The notes below the pieces were generated by a model that saw only the letters and a program-made list of their open reading frames with translations, was not told the DNA's origin and searched no databases. Positions 62,922 to 64,000 of a stretch of DNA of 64,000 nucleotides are shown in pieces. Origin of the DNA: Lama glama (Eukaryota); the NCBI GenBank assembly GCA_028534125.1, contig CM052818.1, positions 18,478,001 through 18,542,000 of the forward strand, given 5' to 3'. The translations under genes were made by a program, and so were the position numbers. Numbering within the stretch: the first letter of the stretch is position 1; the number at the start of each line of letters is the position of its first letter.

Positions 62922-64000
62922 AGGTATTGCTCTCCATGGAGGATATAATCTTCAGGAAAGTAAGAAGATGTTTTAAACTTCTTTCTTCCATATAATTCTC
63001 TTCCCCACACCACCCCACCCCCCAACACACACACATACAATACCTATTTATTGCAAAAGGCAGATGTGATTAGATTAAAACCTCAAACTCTGAGACAATG
63101 TGGACAATAAACAAGATTAAGAAAAGTTTTTTGTTTGCTTTGTCTTGTCTTCAAAGAGAGGTAGAGGAAGGAATCCATGGAGAAGGATAGATGGGAGGCA
63201 CAATGTATGATGGAGTAAGACCTCAAAGGGAATGGAAAGAAAGATAAGTGTCAGATCAGAGGCGAAGGGTTAATCTTAGAAAAAGAGGGATCCCTCTGAG
63301 TCCTGGGAGAAGAAGACAGATGGGCAAAGGAAAGAGAAATTGAATGGGTTCATGTTGAAATCCTCTCTTCTTGACCATGAATGAAGTGGTAAATAGTAAT
63401 TACAAGATAGAAAATACCATGAATGACAAGTTATTGCGAGTTCATAAAAAGAAGAGAGCTGAAATTGTGAGCTAAGACTACCAGAAGAAGAGAGACGTGG
63501 TCTTGCACTAAGTTATCCACAGGATTTGACTCTGCAGAGAGAAGGGAGCTCTCTCAGTTCTGGGGGCTGGAGGAGGCAAGTACCACAGAGCATCACTGGC
63601 TCCTCAGTAGATGTTAGACTATGTTTTAATCATTCAGGCCTTGGTAGTCTTCCTTATAAGACTTCCATCTAAAGACCACTATTTGGTTAAAAAAAAAAAA
63701 AGTGAGTCATAATTGCTTATCATTGATAAGCCCACTGCTCACAAATTTTGAAAATGGCATCATCAATTGTTCAGATCCTTCCACCCCTTCCATGTTTTAC
63801 TAAAGACTTGGGTATTTAAAATCTAAAATGTGACAACAAAAATTAGCCTCCCACATGTTCACTATTTTAATTGGAGGGAAAAAAAGTAAAAGAAAAAAAT
63901 TGATTTAAAATTTTTCCTTTTCTTATTAGTTCCAGGCAAGTGGAAGGAGGGACAGAGAGGGAAAAAAAAGTCTACCTTGCCCATGATTATATAAAGATCT

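Larger units (their letters stand above)
60297..64000 (+). other. LHCGR: LHCGR intron 1 (5' part)
   Basis: Starts with the GTGAGT donor. No sequence encoding the expected exon 2 peptide (SLxYLPxKVIPSQAF) was seen before the window end. Confidence 0.88.

Overview
Mammalian genomic DNA, most likely camelid (alpaca/llama/camel), inferred from tRNA-derived SINEs resembling Vic-1 and from cetartiodactyl-type L1 3' tails. The only protein-coding sequence I can support is exon 1 of LHCGR (luteinizing hormone/choriogonadotropin receptor): + strand, ATG 60121, splice donor after 60296, inside a TATA-less CpG-island promoter with GC boxes. Positions 1-60 kb are upstream non-coding DNA (by human synteny, the FSHR-LHCGR interval). 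They are dense in old and lineage-specific repeats (L1, L2, MIR, CR1-like, MLT1, MER21, MER20, MER5A, SINEs). The last 3.7 kb is LHCGR intron 1. I do not see a new multi-gene system. The best leads are: (1) an expanded (CTG)6(CCG)7 coding repeat in the LHCGR signal peptide; (2) candidate distal gonadal/cAMP enhancers (a motif cluster at 13.07 kb, a duplicated GATA-CCAAT-HRE 38-mer at 14.5 kb, an E-box/NR5A site in a MIR at 16.0 kb, a perfect CRE at 43.9 kb); (3) an unusual CpG-rich microsatellite inside an MLT1 LTR; (4) a 3'-truncated SINE head with target-site duplications. Repeat family names come from recalled consensus sequences, not from a database search, and most repeat boundaries are approximate.
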